Assembly: GCA_964016885.1 (NCBI GenBank)
Contig: OZ024755.1
Span: forward strand, 37,758,001 to 37,822,000
DNA length: 64,000 nucleotides
DNA from: Eledone cirrhosa
Lineage: Eukaryota
Direction of reading: 5' to 3'
Shown: positions 1-12,375 of the stretch, one piece after another
Position numbering within the stretch: the stretch's first letter is position 1
How the letters are laid out: every line of letters begins with the position of its first letter
Notes under the pieces: model-generated
Told to the model about the DNA's origin: nothing
The model's input: only the letters and a program-made list of their open reading frames with translations
Databases searched by the model: none
Made by a program: the position numbers and the translations under genes

Positions 1-318
1 AGAATATTTGTGGACACAAACTTGAATGGAATGCAGTCCCTTTTCTTCTATCTCTGCATTGATGAATGGACTTCAAGGCTGCAGGGGCTTGAAATGTGTT
101 ATGCCCGGCTGCACATCCGGCTTCCATAATGATCTTCAATACCATCAGAGTTTACCTAACGACATTATGACTAAAAGCCTCCCATCCTCCATTTGCTAAA
201 CAAAAGGGGGCTTGGTAGGACTTAGCAGTTGTTACTGCCAGAAATGTAGCATAAGTGATAACACCAACTCAATAAATGTTTCAAGGCCATTTCCCCTGCC
301 AAAGCAGGATTTAGCCTT

Positions 319-1350
319 GTGAGGAGGTTTACCTCTAAAATTGTCAAGAAGGCCAAGGGTGCCTTAGTAACACCCAGTAACACCTTTGTCAGCTGCTCTC
401 CAACTATCTATTTAAAGCTGTATATAGCTATGGTGTGGCTACACTTAGAATTTGCCTCACCAGTCTGGAACCCCTGTTTTGCTCAGAATTTTGATCTCCT
501 GGAAACTGTTCAGACTCATGCAACCAAATGAAAACCCTCCATCAGGCATCTACCACCATACTCTGAATGCCTTAATCCCTGGGCAAGGATACATTAAAGC
601 TCTGACGCCTGGCAACTGACATAATAGACACCCACAAGATTATTACCCATCTTTCCAGCAACAACCCTGGGTACCTTTTTGAATTCCATGTCTAACACCT
701 GTGGATATGCTTACACAATCAGAAAACAGTACAGCTCCCATGATGTTTGGAAACACTTTTTCACACTCAGTGTTGCTGAAGCATGGAACAAACTACCTGC
801 ATCAGTTGTTAGTTGTCGGGACACTGTATCTTTTAAAACCTCCATGGAACAAACTACCTGCATCAGTTGTTAGCTGTCAAGACACTGCATTCTTTAAAAC
901 CTCCATGGAACTAACTACCTGCATCAGTTGTTAGCTGTCAAGACACTGCATCCTTTAAAACCTCCATGGAACAAACTACCTGCATCAGTTGTTAGCTGTC
1001 AAGACACTGCATCCTTTAAAACCTCCATGGAATAAACTACCTGCATCAGTTGTTAGTTGTCGAGACACTGCATCCTTTAAAACCTCCATGGAACAAACTA
1101 CATGCATCAGTTGTTAGCTGTTGGGACACAGCATCCTTCAAAACCTCCCATGCATCCCGAAATTCGCCAACACTCCACCTGATATTCCCCCTCCATACAC
1201 AAATGTGTGTGTGTGTATGTGTGGATATCATGACGCATACACTGTTCACTTTCCTGAAATTTGTACATTATTCTATGAACTATACATGCACCTTTGATGA
1301 GTTTTAGTGCACTTTTGATGAGTTTTAGTGCACTTTTCATTATTATTATA
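319..1350 (+). mobile_element. CR1-like LINE 3' fragment (degenerate)
   Basis: Translates to LYIAMVWLHLEFASPVWNP...LETVQ and AWNKLPASVV, collinear with the intact copy at 26931-27632; ends in (ATT)n. Confidence 0.85.
782..1152 (+). repeat. 61-bp tandem repeat (6 units) inside CR1 fragment
   Basis: CATGGAACAAACTACCTGCATCAG...AAAACCTC recurs at 61-bp spacing. Confidence 0.95.
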
Positions 1351-1366
1351 TATATATATATATAAT

Positions 1367-1668
1367 GAAGGTACGTGGCTGAGTGGTTAGAGAATTTGAT
1401 TTGCAATCGTGAGGTTGTGAGTTTGAATCCCGGGCTGTGTGATGTATTACGTCATTGAGCAAAACACTTTATTTCATGTTGCTCTTTCTGCTTGGATTTG
1501 CGGCCAGTAGTTAGTATTAGCAATTGGAAAGACCAATAGAAACATTGCTTCCTCAGTCTGATTTGATGAGCTCCACTCCACTCGTTAGTCGATCGACAAG
1601 ATCCCAGACCTTATTCGCTTAACGAGTGGAGTGGAGCTCATCAAATCAGACTGAGGAAGCAATGTTTC
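1367..1668 (+). mobile_element. tRNA/CORE-like SINE (family B) with fold-back tail, in (TA)n
   Basis: A box TGGCTGAGTGG, B-box-like GTTTGAATCC, central TTGAGCAAAACACTT; perfect 49-bp inverted repeat 1539-1587/1620-1668. Confidence 0.75.
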
Positions 1669-1751
1669 CATATATATATATATATCTTACAGTCGATGGA
1701 CAAGATCCCAGACCTTATTCGCTTAACGAGTGGAGTAGAGCTCATCAATTC

Positions 1752-1801
1752 AAGAAATTTTAGCCTGAGTATTGATGTCAATACTCAGGCTAAAATTTCT
1801 T
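1752..1801. repeat. Perfect 24-bp-arm palindrome
   Basis: AAGAAATTTTAGCCTGAGTATTGA-tg-TCAATACTCAGGCTAAAATTTCTT. Confidence 0.95.
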
Positions 1802-1852
1802 TAGTAAAAAATATGGCAAAACCTATTTCTATTAAGTTTCAAATTTCACTCA

Positions 1853-1910
<58 letters not shown>

Positions 1911-2350
1911 AAGAGGTATAAGTTAACATTTCATAATTTACTTCTTTCATTACCATTATATATATTTTGTAGGCTCTGTCTGAGTGGTGAGACCCTTGAA
2001 ATACTCAGAGGTGGGAGGCAGATAATTAATCGTAGGGTTGACTTCTTTGGTGTTTGTCAGCACCAAAGCAAGGGTACTTTCTGCAAGCTATATGGTCAGC
2101 AACCATGCCAAGTAAGGCCCTTAACGGACTCCATCCGCATAATTTTTCATAGTGTGCCTTAGAGACATACTTAACAGATTTCCACATACTGAAATAATTG
2201 TATTAGGTAGTTATACACATGTACAACTCTCAATATGTGGGTGGGCCCCATCGCGTACCGTTGAAGTTGTTGTATACAGATATTAACTCATCAATTCCAA
2301 TTCTAGAAACAATAAGAATTGCATCTAAGCCATAACCATCAATATTATAA

Positions 2351-2470
2351 TGAGTTCAAATCCCGCCGAGGTTGACTTTGCCTTTCATCCTTACGGGGTC
2401 GATAAAATAAAGTACCAGTAATGCACTGGGTAATTGCTGGCCTTGTGCCTAAAGTAGAAACAATTATAAT
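2351..2470 (+). mobile_element. 5'-truncated SINE (family A) with target-site duplication
   Basis: GAGTTCAAATCCC...GCCTTTCATCCTTACGGGGTCGATAAAATAAAGTACC; ATTATAATGA at 2344-2353 and 2463-2472. Confidence 0.85.
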
Positions 2471-2805
2471 GAATAAAGCGATGGCTGGGCTTGATCCTGG
2501 GACTGCACACCCCACATTGGTAATCCCTCCTTGAGAATGTAAAGATATGATACTCGCTAAACTCTGTCACAAAATTCTTCGTCCAATGGTTGTTATTGTA
2601 TCAAAATTGTTACTATATGAAACTGACCAATCGGAATGCACCATATGAAAGAAGTGTGATGATATGTTGCCATGACGTTGGCATAACAATATCAACAACT
2701 GACAATATCAGAAGTAAGAATAATCTTTAAAAACTTTACTTTTTTCTGATATTATTTTTTCTCCAAGAAAATCTTTGTTTTTTATGTTTTCTATATGTTG
2801 CTTTT

Positions 2806-3334
2806 GTCTGAAGAGGTCATAGCTGTTGAATTGTGGCTATCACCTCTTCTAACTGTCTGAAGAGGTCATAGCTGTTGAATTGTGGCTATCACCTCTTCTA
2901 ACTGTCTGAAGAGGTCATAGCTGTTGAATTGTGGCTATCACCTCTTCTAACTGTCTGAAGAGGTCATAACTGTTGAATTGTGGCTATCACCTCTTCTAAA
3001 TGTCTGAAGAGGTCATAGCTGTTGAATTGTGGCTACCACCTCTTCTAACTGTCTGAAGAGGTCATAGCTGTTGAATTGTAGCTATCACCTCTTCTAAATG
3101 TCTGAAGAGGTCATAGCTGTTGAATTGTAGCTATCACCTCTTCTAACTGTCTGAAGAGGTCATAGCTGTTGAATTGTGGCTATCACCTCTTCTAACTGTC
3201 TGAAGAGGTCATAACTGTTGAATTGTGGCTATCACCTCTTCTAACTGTCTGAAGAGGTCATAGCTGTTGAATTGTAGCCATCACCTCTTCTAACTGTCTG
3301 AAGAGGTCATAGCTGTTGAATTGTGACTATCACC
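2806..3334 (+). repeat. 49-bp tandem repeat (about 11 units) of a hammerhead 5' half
   Basis: Unit GTCTGAAGAGGTCATAGCTGTTGAATTGTGGCTATCACCTCTTCTAACT; each unit is a hairpin. Confidence 0.95.
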
Positions 3335-3346
3335 GAAATATAACGG
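3294..3346 (+). ncRNA. Minimal hammerhead ribozyme motif
   Basis: CTGT-CTGAAGA-GGTCATAG..CTATCACC-GAAA-TAT-A-ACGG; short stems I and III. Confidence 0.6.
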
Positions 3347-3734
3347 CAATGAAAAAAGTAAATTATGAAATGTTGACTTATACCTCTTGTTTATAAATTT
3401 ACTCAGGAATTAATAGACCCTCCTGTGGACTTCGTTGAGTGTTCTACCCTGCATACTGAAGTGTTGGTGTTAACACATAATCTAATTTATATATATATAT
3501 ATATAAAGGAAGGCAAAACTCCTGGGTTTTTACCTTCCTTTATGCCCACTCTGCTTCTCCCTATACATAGAATACTACCCATATTTATGTATATATCATC
3601 ATCATCATCATACCTGCTTGCAAGGGTGGGATGGGTCCTATTCAGCACAGCATCTCTCCAGTATTACCTGGTTAACAATTCATGTGGTTATGGTGTGATC
3701 TACCGACACAGATGCCTTCAGCATCTCAGCAGCT

Positions 3735-4345
3735 ATACCCGATGGACCGGATGTCCATGGGAACTTCTGTATGTGGATGATCTTACACTTATAGCTGAAT
3801 CTATAGCGGAACTAAAGAAGAAATTCCAAACATGGAAGCAGGGACTAGAAAGAAGGTGTCTCAAAGTCAACCTGACAAAGACTAAGGTCCTCGTAAGTAG
3901 ACGAGAAAACAGAACCCAAATCCCCTCAGGGAAATGGCTTTGCTCAATATGTAGGAAAGGTGTTGTAGGTAGGAACTCCATCCTCTGTCCCAAGTGCCAA
4001 CTATGGGTACACAAGAGATGTAGTGGGATCTCAGGAAGCTTTGCTAAGAATGTAGGCTTTACATGTAGCAGCTGCACCGGGACAGTAAATAGCAAACAGC
4101 CACAGGAAACAAGCACTACCAAACTCTGGGAGAGCTCTGTAGAAACAGTAGACAGCTTCTGCTACCTAGGTGACCGAATTAGCAGCAGAGAGGGGTGTTC
4201 TGAAAGTACAGTAACCAGGGTAAGAACGGGATGGAATAAGTTCAGGGAGCTACTACCACTGCTAGCTGCAAAATGCTTTTCTCTAAAAATGAAAGGCAAA
4301 CTGTATGATGTGTGCATACGAACAACAATGTTACATAGTAGTGAG
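3735..4345 (+). pseudogene. RTE-clade RT fragment
   Basis: [12 protein letters not shown]...CSICRKG...WVHKRC...DSFCYLG, homologous to ORF 57178-58809. Confidence 0.9.
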
Positions 4346-4567
4346 AAAACATTTAATGAATCACAGAGAAAGTCACATTTTCTTTTGCTCTCAGCATTTT
4401 TAAATACATCAACATAGTGAAGTAGGCATGGCTGTGTGGTTAAGGAGTTCGCTTCACAAGCACATGATTCTGGGTTTAGTCCCTCTGCACAGCACCTTAG
4501 GCAAGTACCCTGGATTGAGCAATGCCTTGTAAGTGGAATTTAATAGATGAAAACTGTAGACACCCAT

Positions 4568-4810
4568 TCATCATCATCATCATTGTTTTACGTCCATTTT
4601 CCACACTAGCATGGGTTAGATGAGTTGTCCTGTTGTAGGGAAGTCTTGCTCATACAGAACTTATTTCGGCTTGGTTTCTACAGCCGGATGCCCTTCCTAA
4701 TGCCAACCTCATTTACTGTTTGTACTGGGTGCTTTTTGTCGTGATGCCTACACATCCACTTTACAGTGAGGACTGGGTGCTTTTAGTCGTGACGCCTACA
4801 CGACCACTAG
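4568..4810 (-). mobile_element. RTE 3' UTR fragment
   Basis: (CAT)n tail followed by TTTTACGTCC...GGATGCCCTTCCTAA, shared with the other RTE ends. Confidence 0.75.
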
Positions 4811-5213
4811 GAATACTCCTTGCCAGAACCTCTGAGGTCCAACACAAACTATGTTAGGAATGTTGTCTGAAGAATGATAAATTGCTACATGTTGAGTTGA
4901 CATTGAAACTAGATGTAATTTATTTTTAGGAAATAGAGAAGAGGGAGGGACATTTTTAGCTGTTTTTTCTTGTAGATCAAATGACTTGATATAGTTTTCC
5001 TCTGCTTCTTAACACTGACATTGATTTCTCAGCCTAGTGTATTAGTGTATATCATCCTTAGGTTGACATTTTCTTCTACCAAGTCAGGACAAGGGTGTCA
5101 TGCCTGTTTTCCTCAGCAATACTTTCACCATCATGTCTGCAGGACCACAGCTAAGATATATTGTCTAGCCAATACTATAGAATTTCCCTCTTTCCCATTT
5201 CACTCCTCACTTT

Positions 5214-5353
5214 TCTTTCTTCTTTTTCTTTCTTTTCTTTTCTTTTTTTCTTTTTTCTTTCTTTTTCTCGTTTTTCTTCCATCTTTTCTTTCCTCCATTT
5301 TCTTTTTTTTTTCTTTTCCTTCTTTTTCTTTCCTCCTTTTCTCTTTTTCTTTT
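5214..5353. repeat. Polypyrimidine low-complexity tract
   Basis: Almost entirely T/C. Confidence 0.9.
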
Positions 5354-5487
5354 TGTCATAATATTGTGAGCATATTTTAGAAATGTGAAATGATATGATG
5401 TTAAGAGAAACATTTTATAATTTAAATATGTAAATGATTACTAGACCAGCCACAGTGTGATTTTTTTTGGCTGGCTGTGCTGCGCGT

Positions 5488-8400
5488 TTGGGACGAAAAC
5501 CACACTGTTCATCGGCTAGCTTGGACTCAACAATCTCCCTACATCTCTTTGACAGACACTTAGCATAGACTTTACCAGGGTGGTTTAACAAGGAGATCCT
5601 TCTGTAATTGAAACAATCTCTCTTGTCTCTTTTTTGAAAATTGGGATTATCACTCCCAATTGTCATTGCTTAGGTGCCTTTCCAGATCAGGCTTTTAACA
5701 TTTCGGGCTGGATTTTATTTGAGCAACAGGTCTTCGAGAAATCGTGGGAGTATTGCCAAGAGGTATATTCTTGTTTTGTTGACCTTGAAAAAAACCTGCT
5801 GTGGAAGGTTCTGCAGGAGTATAGGATTGATGGTCAGTTCCTAGCTGCTCTGAAGTCTATACGAATGTCCAAATATTTGTGTTCAGATAAATGGTGCTAC
5901 ATCGAAACCATTCAATGTGGGAGTTGGACTCCACCAAGGATGCGTACTGTCCCCTCTTCTGTTCATTATTTACATGAACAGGATTGACATGGGCAGCCAG
6001 GTTAGAAGTGGTATCATGACTGGCGGCTGTAAAATCAATCGGCTGGAATTTGCAGATGACATGGTGTTACTCAACTCGACAGAAGATGAGCTTCGACTTG
6101 CACTCGATAGGTCTGATGCCAAGTGCTGCATGACTGGAATGGAAATCAGTGCTGCAAAAACTGAGACACTCGTCCGGCCAAGGAAGCCTGTGCAGTGCAC
6201 TCTACATGTGAATGGAGCTCCACTGAAGCAGGTAGAGAAGTTCAAGTATCTCGGGGCCGTGTTCACGAATGATGGAAGGCAGGAAGCTGAATTAAGTACA
6301 AGAATTACAAAAGCTGGTGCAGTAATACACCAGCTTCAGCTCTCAGGAGAATGGGGGTAGGCATAAAAGCCAAACTTGCTGTCTTCAATTTGGTTTTTGT
6401 GCCAACCCTTACCTATGTTCATGAATCTTGAGTAATACCTGAAAGTATATGATCGCGAATACAAGTGGCCAAAATAGGGTTCTTCCAAAGGGTCTTTGGA
6501 GTAACGTTACTTGATAACGTGAGTAGCTCAGAGATCAGAGAGTCACTCCAGGTAGAGCTGCTACTTCACCGAATTGAGAGATCACAGCTCCGATACTATG
6601 GACAGGTGGTTAGAATGTCTCAGGAAAGAATCACTGGAGAGTTACTCCAGGTAGAGCTGCTACTTCTCCCAATTGAGAGATCACAGCTCTGATACTATGG
6701 ACATGTGGTTAGAATGTCTCAGGAAAGAATCACTGGAAAGTCACTCCAGGTAGAGCTGCTACTTCTCCCAACTGAGAGATCACAGCTCTGATACTATGGG
6801 CATGTGGTTAGAATGTCTCAGGAAAGAATCACTGGAGAGTGACTCCAGGTAGAGCTGCTACTTCTCCCAACTGAGAGATCACAGCTCTGATACTATGGAC
6901 ATGTGGTTAGAATGTCTCAGGAAAGAATCACTGGAGAGTTACTCCAGGTAGAGCTGCTACTTCTCCCAACTGAGAGATCACAGCTCTGATACTATGGACA
7001 TGTGGTTAGAATGTCTCAGGAAAGAATCACTGGAGAGTCACTCCAGGTAGAGCTGCTACTTCTCCCAACTGAGAGATCACAGCTCTGATACTATGAACAT
7101 GTGGTTAGAATGTCTCAGGAAAGAATTACTGGAGAGTCACTCCAGGTAGAGCTGCTACTTCTCCCAACTGAGAGATCACAGCTCTGATACTATGGACATG
7201 TGGTTAGAATGTCTCAGGAAAGAATTACTGGAGAGTCACTCTAGGTAGAGCTGCTACTTCTCCCAACTGAGAGATCACAGCTCTGATACTATGAACATGT
7301 GGTTAGAATGTCTCAGGAAAGAATTACTGGAGAGTCACTCCAGGTAGAGCTGCTACTTCTCCCAACTGAGAGATCACAGCTCTGATACTATGGACATGTG
7401 GTTAGAATGTCTCAGGAAAGAATTACTGGAGAGTCACTCTAGGTAGAGCTGCTACTTCTCTCAACTGAGAGATCACAGCTCTGATACTATGAACATGTGG
7501 TTAGAATGTCTCAGGAAAGAATTACTGGAGAGTCACTCCAGGTAGAGCTGCTACTTCTCCCAACTGAGAGATCACAGCTCTGATACTATGGACATGTGGT
7601 TAGAATGTCTCAGGAAAGAATTACTGGAGAGTCACTCTAGGTAGAGCTGCTACTTCTCCCAACTGAGAGATCACAGCTCTGATACTATGGACATGTGGTT
7701 AGAATGTCTCAGGAAAGAATTACTGGAGAGTCACTCCAGGTAGAGCTGCTACTTCTCCCAACTGAGAGATCACAGCTCTGATACTATGGACATGTGGTTA
7801 GAATGTCTCAGGAAAGAATTACTGGAGAGTCACTCTAGGTAGAGCTGCTACTTCTCTCAACTGAGAGATCACAGCTCTGATACTATGAACATGTGGTTAG
7901 AATGTCTCAGGAAAGAATTACTGGAGAGTCACTCCAGGTAGAGCTGCTACTTCTCCCAACTGAGAGATCACAGCTCTGATACTATGGACATGTGGTTAGA
8001 ATGTCTCAGGAAAGAATTACTGGAGAGTCACTCTAGGTAGAGCTGCTACTTCTCCCAACTGAGAGATCACAGCTCTGATACTATGGACATGTGGTTAGAA
8101 TGTCTCAGGAAAGAATTACTGGAGAGTCACTCCAGGTAGAGCTGCTACTTCTCCCAACTGAGAGATCACAGCTCTGATACTATGGACATGTGGTTAGAAT
8201 GTCTCAGGAAAGAATTACTGGAGAGTCACTCTAGGTAGAGCTGCTATTTCTCCCAACTGAGAGATCACAGCTCTGATACTATGGTCATGTGGTTAGAATG
8301 TCTCAGGAAAGAATTACTGGAGAGTCACTCCAGGTAGAGCTGCTACTTCTCCCAACTGAGAGATCACAGCTCTGATACTATGGACAGGTGGTTAGAATGT

Positions 8401-8728
8401 CTCAGGAAAGAATCACTGGAGAGTCACTCCAGGTAGAGCTGCTACTTCTCCGAACTGAGAGATCACAGCTATGATACTATGAACATGTCGTTAGAATGTC
8501 TCAGGAAAGAATTACTGGACAGATTTTAGGGTCAAAACCAACCGGTAGGAGGACCAGGGATAGAACCCGAGGTAGATGGTTGGATAACATCCATGAGCTT
8601 GGCTGGTCTCACTTGGGGATCCAGCCAGATCAATTGGTGATGATTGCTTCTGACAGGACTTACTGGAAGGAGTGTTTGAGGATCCTGCCCCCACAACCCT
8701 GTCAGAAATAAGTGGTCGAAGAAGAAAA
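5488..8728 (+). mobile_element. RTE-clade LINE (second family), degenerate, with inverted 5' segment
   Basis: Minus strand 5488-5665 encodes NYRRISLLNHPGKVY..EQCGFRP; plus strand continues FVDLEK, GLHQGCVLSPLLF, FADD, FKYLG, QLRYYG, GRRTRDR; (GAA)n tail. Confidence 0.9.
6537..8519 (+). repeat. 99-bp tandem repeat (20 units) from RTE coding sequence
   Basis: CCAGGTAGAGCTGCTACTTC anchor at 6548, 6647, 6746 ... 8429. Confidence 0.95.
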
Positions 8729-9054
8729 AATGATTACGAAGTGTTTAGTTAGTTTGTTGTGTGGAAATATATAAATGCAGCTTGATACTGGATACTAGAA
8801 GTGATATATTTTGAGGAGAGATAGAATGATAAATAGATAGAAAGAGAGAGAGAGGGTGAGATAGGAGAAGGGGGGGGGGGGGTAGAAGGGAGATTTGCCT
8901 GTTTTTTTTTTGTTTTTTTTTTGTAGTTCAAATGATTTAAGATAGTTTGCTCTGCCTCTTTCACAGTGACTCCTAAGACAATATACTCCATTAGAGTATA
9001 ATATAAACAGGAACATAATAATTACACCCTCTCTTTCCTTGACATTTATATATA

Positions 9055-9356
9055 TCATCATCATCATCATCACCGTTTTATGTCCGTTGTTCCATGCTAG
9101 CATGGGTTAGATGGGTGGGTTGTCCCATTGTGGGCAGTGTCCAGTCGGCTGACCTTGTCTTGCTCATACAGGAACTGATTGTGGCTTGATTTCTACAGCT
9201 GGATGCCCTTCCTAACACCAACCTCATTTACAGTGAGTGCTGGGTGCTTTCTTTTATGTGACACCTCCACGTCCACTTTACAGTGTGGGCTGGGGGCTTT
9301 TTTGCTGTGGCACCTCCACGACCACTTTGCAGGGAGGGGGGGGGGGCATATTGTCT
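9055..9356 (-). mobile_element. RTE 3' UTR fragment
   Basis: (CAT)n tail plus conserved UTR; 5' end lies in (TA)n. Confidence 0.8.
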
Positions 9357-9661
9357 ATATATATATATATACATACATACATACATACATATATATTCCT
9401 GTTTTTATTGGTTAAAATATTTTCGTTCCCACGAGTAATAACAGATTTGTAATATTTCTTGTGATCTGGGCTAGCCTTTATCTTATTCATATTACATTGT
9501 ATGGTGCTTGTGAAAGGCGGGAAAAGTAGGTATATATAAGTAGGCAAAGGATAAGAACATTGAATAAGTAATATGATAATGTATTTGTCACATTGTTTAC
9601 TTCCTAGAATTATTTAATGTTTAATGGAATGTACTGGGTTCCCTTTTTGTATATGTGTACA

Positions 9662-9694
<33 letters not shown>

Positions 9695-10162
9695 TCTTTT
9701 TCTGGCCAAACTGGGGCACTGCCTCAATAGGATTTAATCGAGATCTTTTTTTGTCAAACTGCTAAGTTACGAGATATAAACAAACAGTAATTGTAAACAC
9801 ACACACACACACAGTCTCTCTCTCTCCCTCTCTATCTCTCTCTTTCTCTCTCCCTCAGGATTTCCATAGTTTTTGTTTAGCAAATTTCATTCACAAGAAA
9901 TTGGTCCAACTGGGACTATTGTAGATAGTGCTGCATGGTGGGACTGAACCTAAAACCGTGCTGTTGCTAAATAAACTGCTTAACCCTTTAGCATTTAAAC
10001 TGGTCATATCCATCCAGGATTCTTTCACCGCTTTCTGTTCGAACTGGCTGTAACTTGCTACTCATACTGATGTTAAGGTATTGTTCTCAAAATAAATAAT
10101 ATCAAAATCTCATAGATTCCATATTATGTGAGGTAAAGCATTTATCATGAAAATATAATAGT

Positions 10163-11245
10163 ATCATCATCACCATCATCATCACCGTTTTACGTCCGTT
10201 CTTCCATGCTAGCATGGGTTAGATGGGTTGTCCTGTTGTGGGCAGTGTCTGGTCGGCTGACCATGCCTTACTCATACAGGAACTGATTTTGGGTTGATTT
10301 CTACAGCTGGATGCCCTTCCTAACACCAACCTCGTTTACAGTGAGTGCTGGGTGCTTTTTTCCGCGGCGCCTACACGTGCACTTTACAGTGTGGGCTGGG
10401 TGCTTCTTTGCCGTGGCACCTCCACGACCACTTTGCAGTGGGAGGGTGTGGGGGCATATTGTCTATATGCTTCAGCTTGTACCCATGGGAGGTCGGGTAC
10501 TCTGTATTACTGCATGATGCCAGAGGTCACGGTTGTGTGTCATCGCCTTTGAGAGGTGTAATTGGGTAAGGTCGGCTTTTATCACCTCATCCTAGGTCTT
10601 CTTGGGTCTCCCCACTCCGTGGTTTCCATTGACTTCTAGTGCTCTGCACTTTTTTATGCAGCTGTCATCCTTCATACGCATCACATCTCCATACCAACGC
10701 AACTGCCTCTCCTGCACACATCATTTGATTCCTCTTATTCTCAGTCTCTCTCTCAATTCATTTATGCTTTGCCGTTCGCGTATATTAATATTACACATCC
10801 ATCGGAACATGCAGGCTTCGTTTCTTTCTAATCTACGTAAGTCTTCCACAGACAGCACCCAGGTCTCACAACCATGTAACATTGCTGTTCGTATACACGC
10901 ATCATACAGTCTGCCTTTCATTTTGAGGGAAAAGCCTTTTGCAGCTAGCAGTGGCAGTAGTTCCCTGAACTTCTTCCATGCCGTTCTTACCCTAGTTATT
11001 GTAGTTTCTGAACACCCACCTCTGCTGCTAATTTGGTCACTTAGGTAGCAGAAGCTGTCTACTGTTTCTACAGAGCCCTCCCAGAGATTGGTGGTACTTG
11101 TTTCCTGTGGCTGTTTGCTGCTTGCTGTCCCAGCACAGCTGCTACATGTGAAGCCTACATTCTTAATTAAGCTTCCTGAGATCCCGCTACATCTCTTGTG
11201 TATCCATTGTTTGCATTTGGGGCAAAAAATGGAGTTCCTACGTAC
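10163..11245 (-). mobile_element. RTE LINE 3' fragment
   Basis: [21 protein letters not shown]...RLERNEACM; 3' UTR and (GAT)n tail. Confidence 0.9.
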
Positions 11246-11329
11246 ATATATAGTATATATAGAGTAATCTAAATGATAAGTGAGATAAAACCTTTACAAT
11301 GAAAATATAATAGTATATATAAAATAACG

Positions 11330-12072
11330 TAAATGTTATGTGAGATAATTATGTGAGGTAAAGCTTTTACCATGAAAATACAATAGAGTATGTAGAGTAA
11401 CGTAAATGTTATGTGAGATAATTATGTGAGGTAAAGCCTTTACCATGAAAATACAATAGAGTATGTAGAGTAACGTAAATGTTATGTGAGATAATTATGT
11501 GAGGTAAAGCTTTTACCATGAAAATACAATAGAGTATGTAGAGTAATGTAAATGTTATGTGAGATAATTATGTGAGGTAAAGCCTTTACCATGAAAATAC
11601 AATAGAGTATGTAGAGTAACGTAAATGTTATGTGAGATAATTATGTGAGGTAAAGCTTTTACCATGAAAATACAATAGAGTATGTAGAGTAATGTAAATG
11701 TTATGTGAGATATTATGTGAGGTAAAGCCTTTACCATGAAAATACAATAGAGTATGTAGAGTAACGTAAATGTTATGTGAGATAATTATGTGAGGTAAAG
11801 CCTTTACCATGAAAATACAATAGAGTATGTAGAGTAATGTAAATGTTATGTGAGATATTATGTGAGGTAAAGCCTTTACCATGAAAATACAATAGTGTAT
11901 GTAGAGTAATGTAAATGTTATGTGAGATATTATGTGAGGTAAAGCCTTTACCATGAAAATACAATAGAGTATGTAGAGTAATGTAAATGTTATGTGAGAT
12001 ATTATGTGAGGTAAAGCCTTTACCATGAAAATACAATAGTGTATGTAGAGTAATGTAAATGTTATGTGAGAT
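11330..12072 (+). repeat. 72/73-bp MITE-derived tandem repeat (about 10 units)
   Basis: TGAGATAATTATGTGAGGTAAAGCCTTTACCATGAAAATAC at 11341, 11414, 11487 ... Confidence 0.95.
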
Positions 12073-12172
12073 AAGGCCAGTGTAATCAACCCCTCCCCAT
12101 AAAGAATGCTGGTTTTGTACCTTATTTAAACCAATATAATGTTCCTTAAGATCTAGAGTGGTTTCTGCCACC

Positions 12173-12375
12173 TTAACCCTTTAGGATTTATATTACTCTA
12201 AATATAGTATTGTATTTTCATGGTAAGTGCTTTATCTCGCATAATATTGAATCTGATGTAATTTAGATGTTACTTATTTTGAGAAGAATACCTTAACATC
12301 AGTATGAGTTGCCGGTTACAGACGGTTTGAAGAGAAAGAGGTGAGAGAATTCTGGCCAGATATGGCCAGTTTAAT
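12173..12375 (-). mobile_element. TTAA MITE
   Basis: Reverse-orientation match to 53991-54219. Confidence 0.75.

Larger units (their letters stand above)
1903..3488 (+). mobile_element. Penelope-like element remnant with inverted 5' end
   Basis: 1903-1951 is the reverse complement of about 3348-3395; (TA)n on both sides; hammerhead near 3300; weak GIY-YIG C-terminus-like remnant ILETIRIASKP near 2300. Confidence 0.65.
9980..12072 (+). mobile_element. TTAA MITE interrupted by an RTE and expanded into a minisatellite
   Basis: Left end TTAACCCTTTAGCATTTAAA; body resumes at about 11246; right TIR lost. Confidence 0.8.

Noticed and set aside
2806-8519. CRISPR-like regular repeats
   Set aside because: Head-to-tail tandems without unique spacers; eukaryotic TE context; no cas genes
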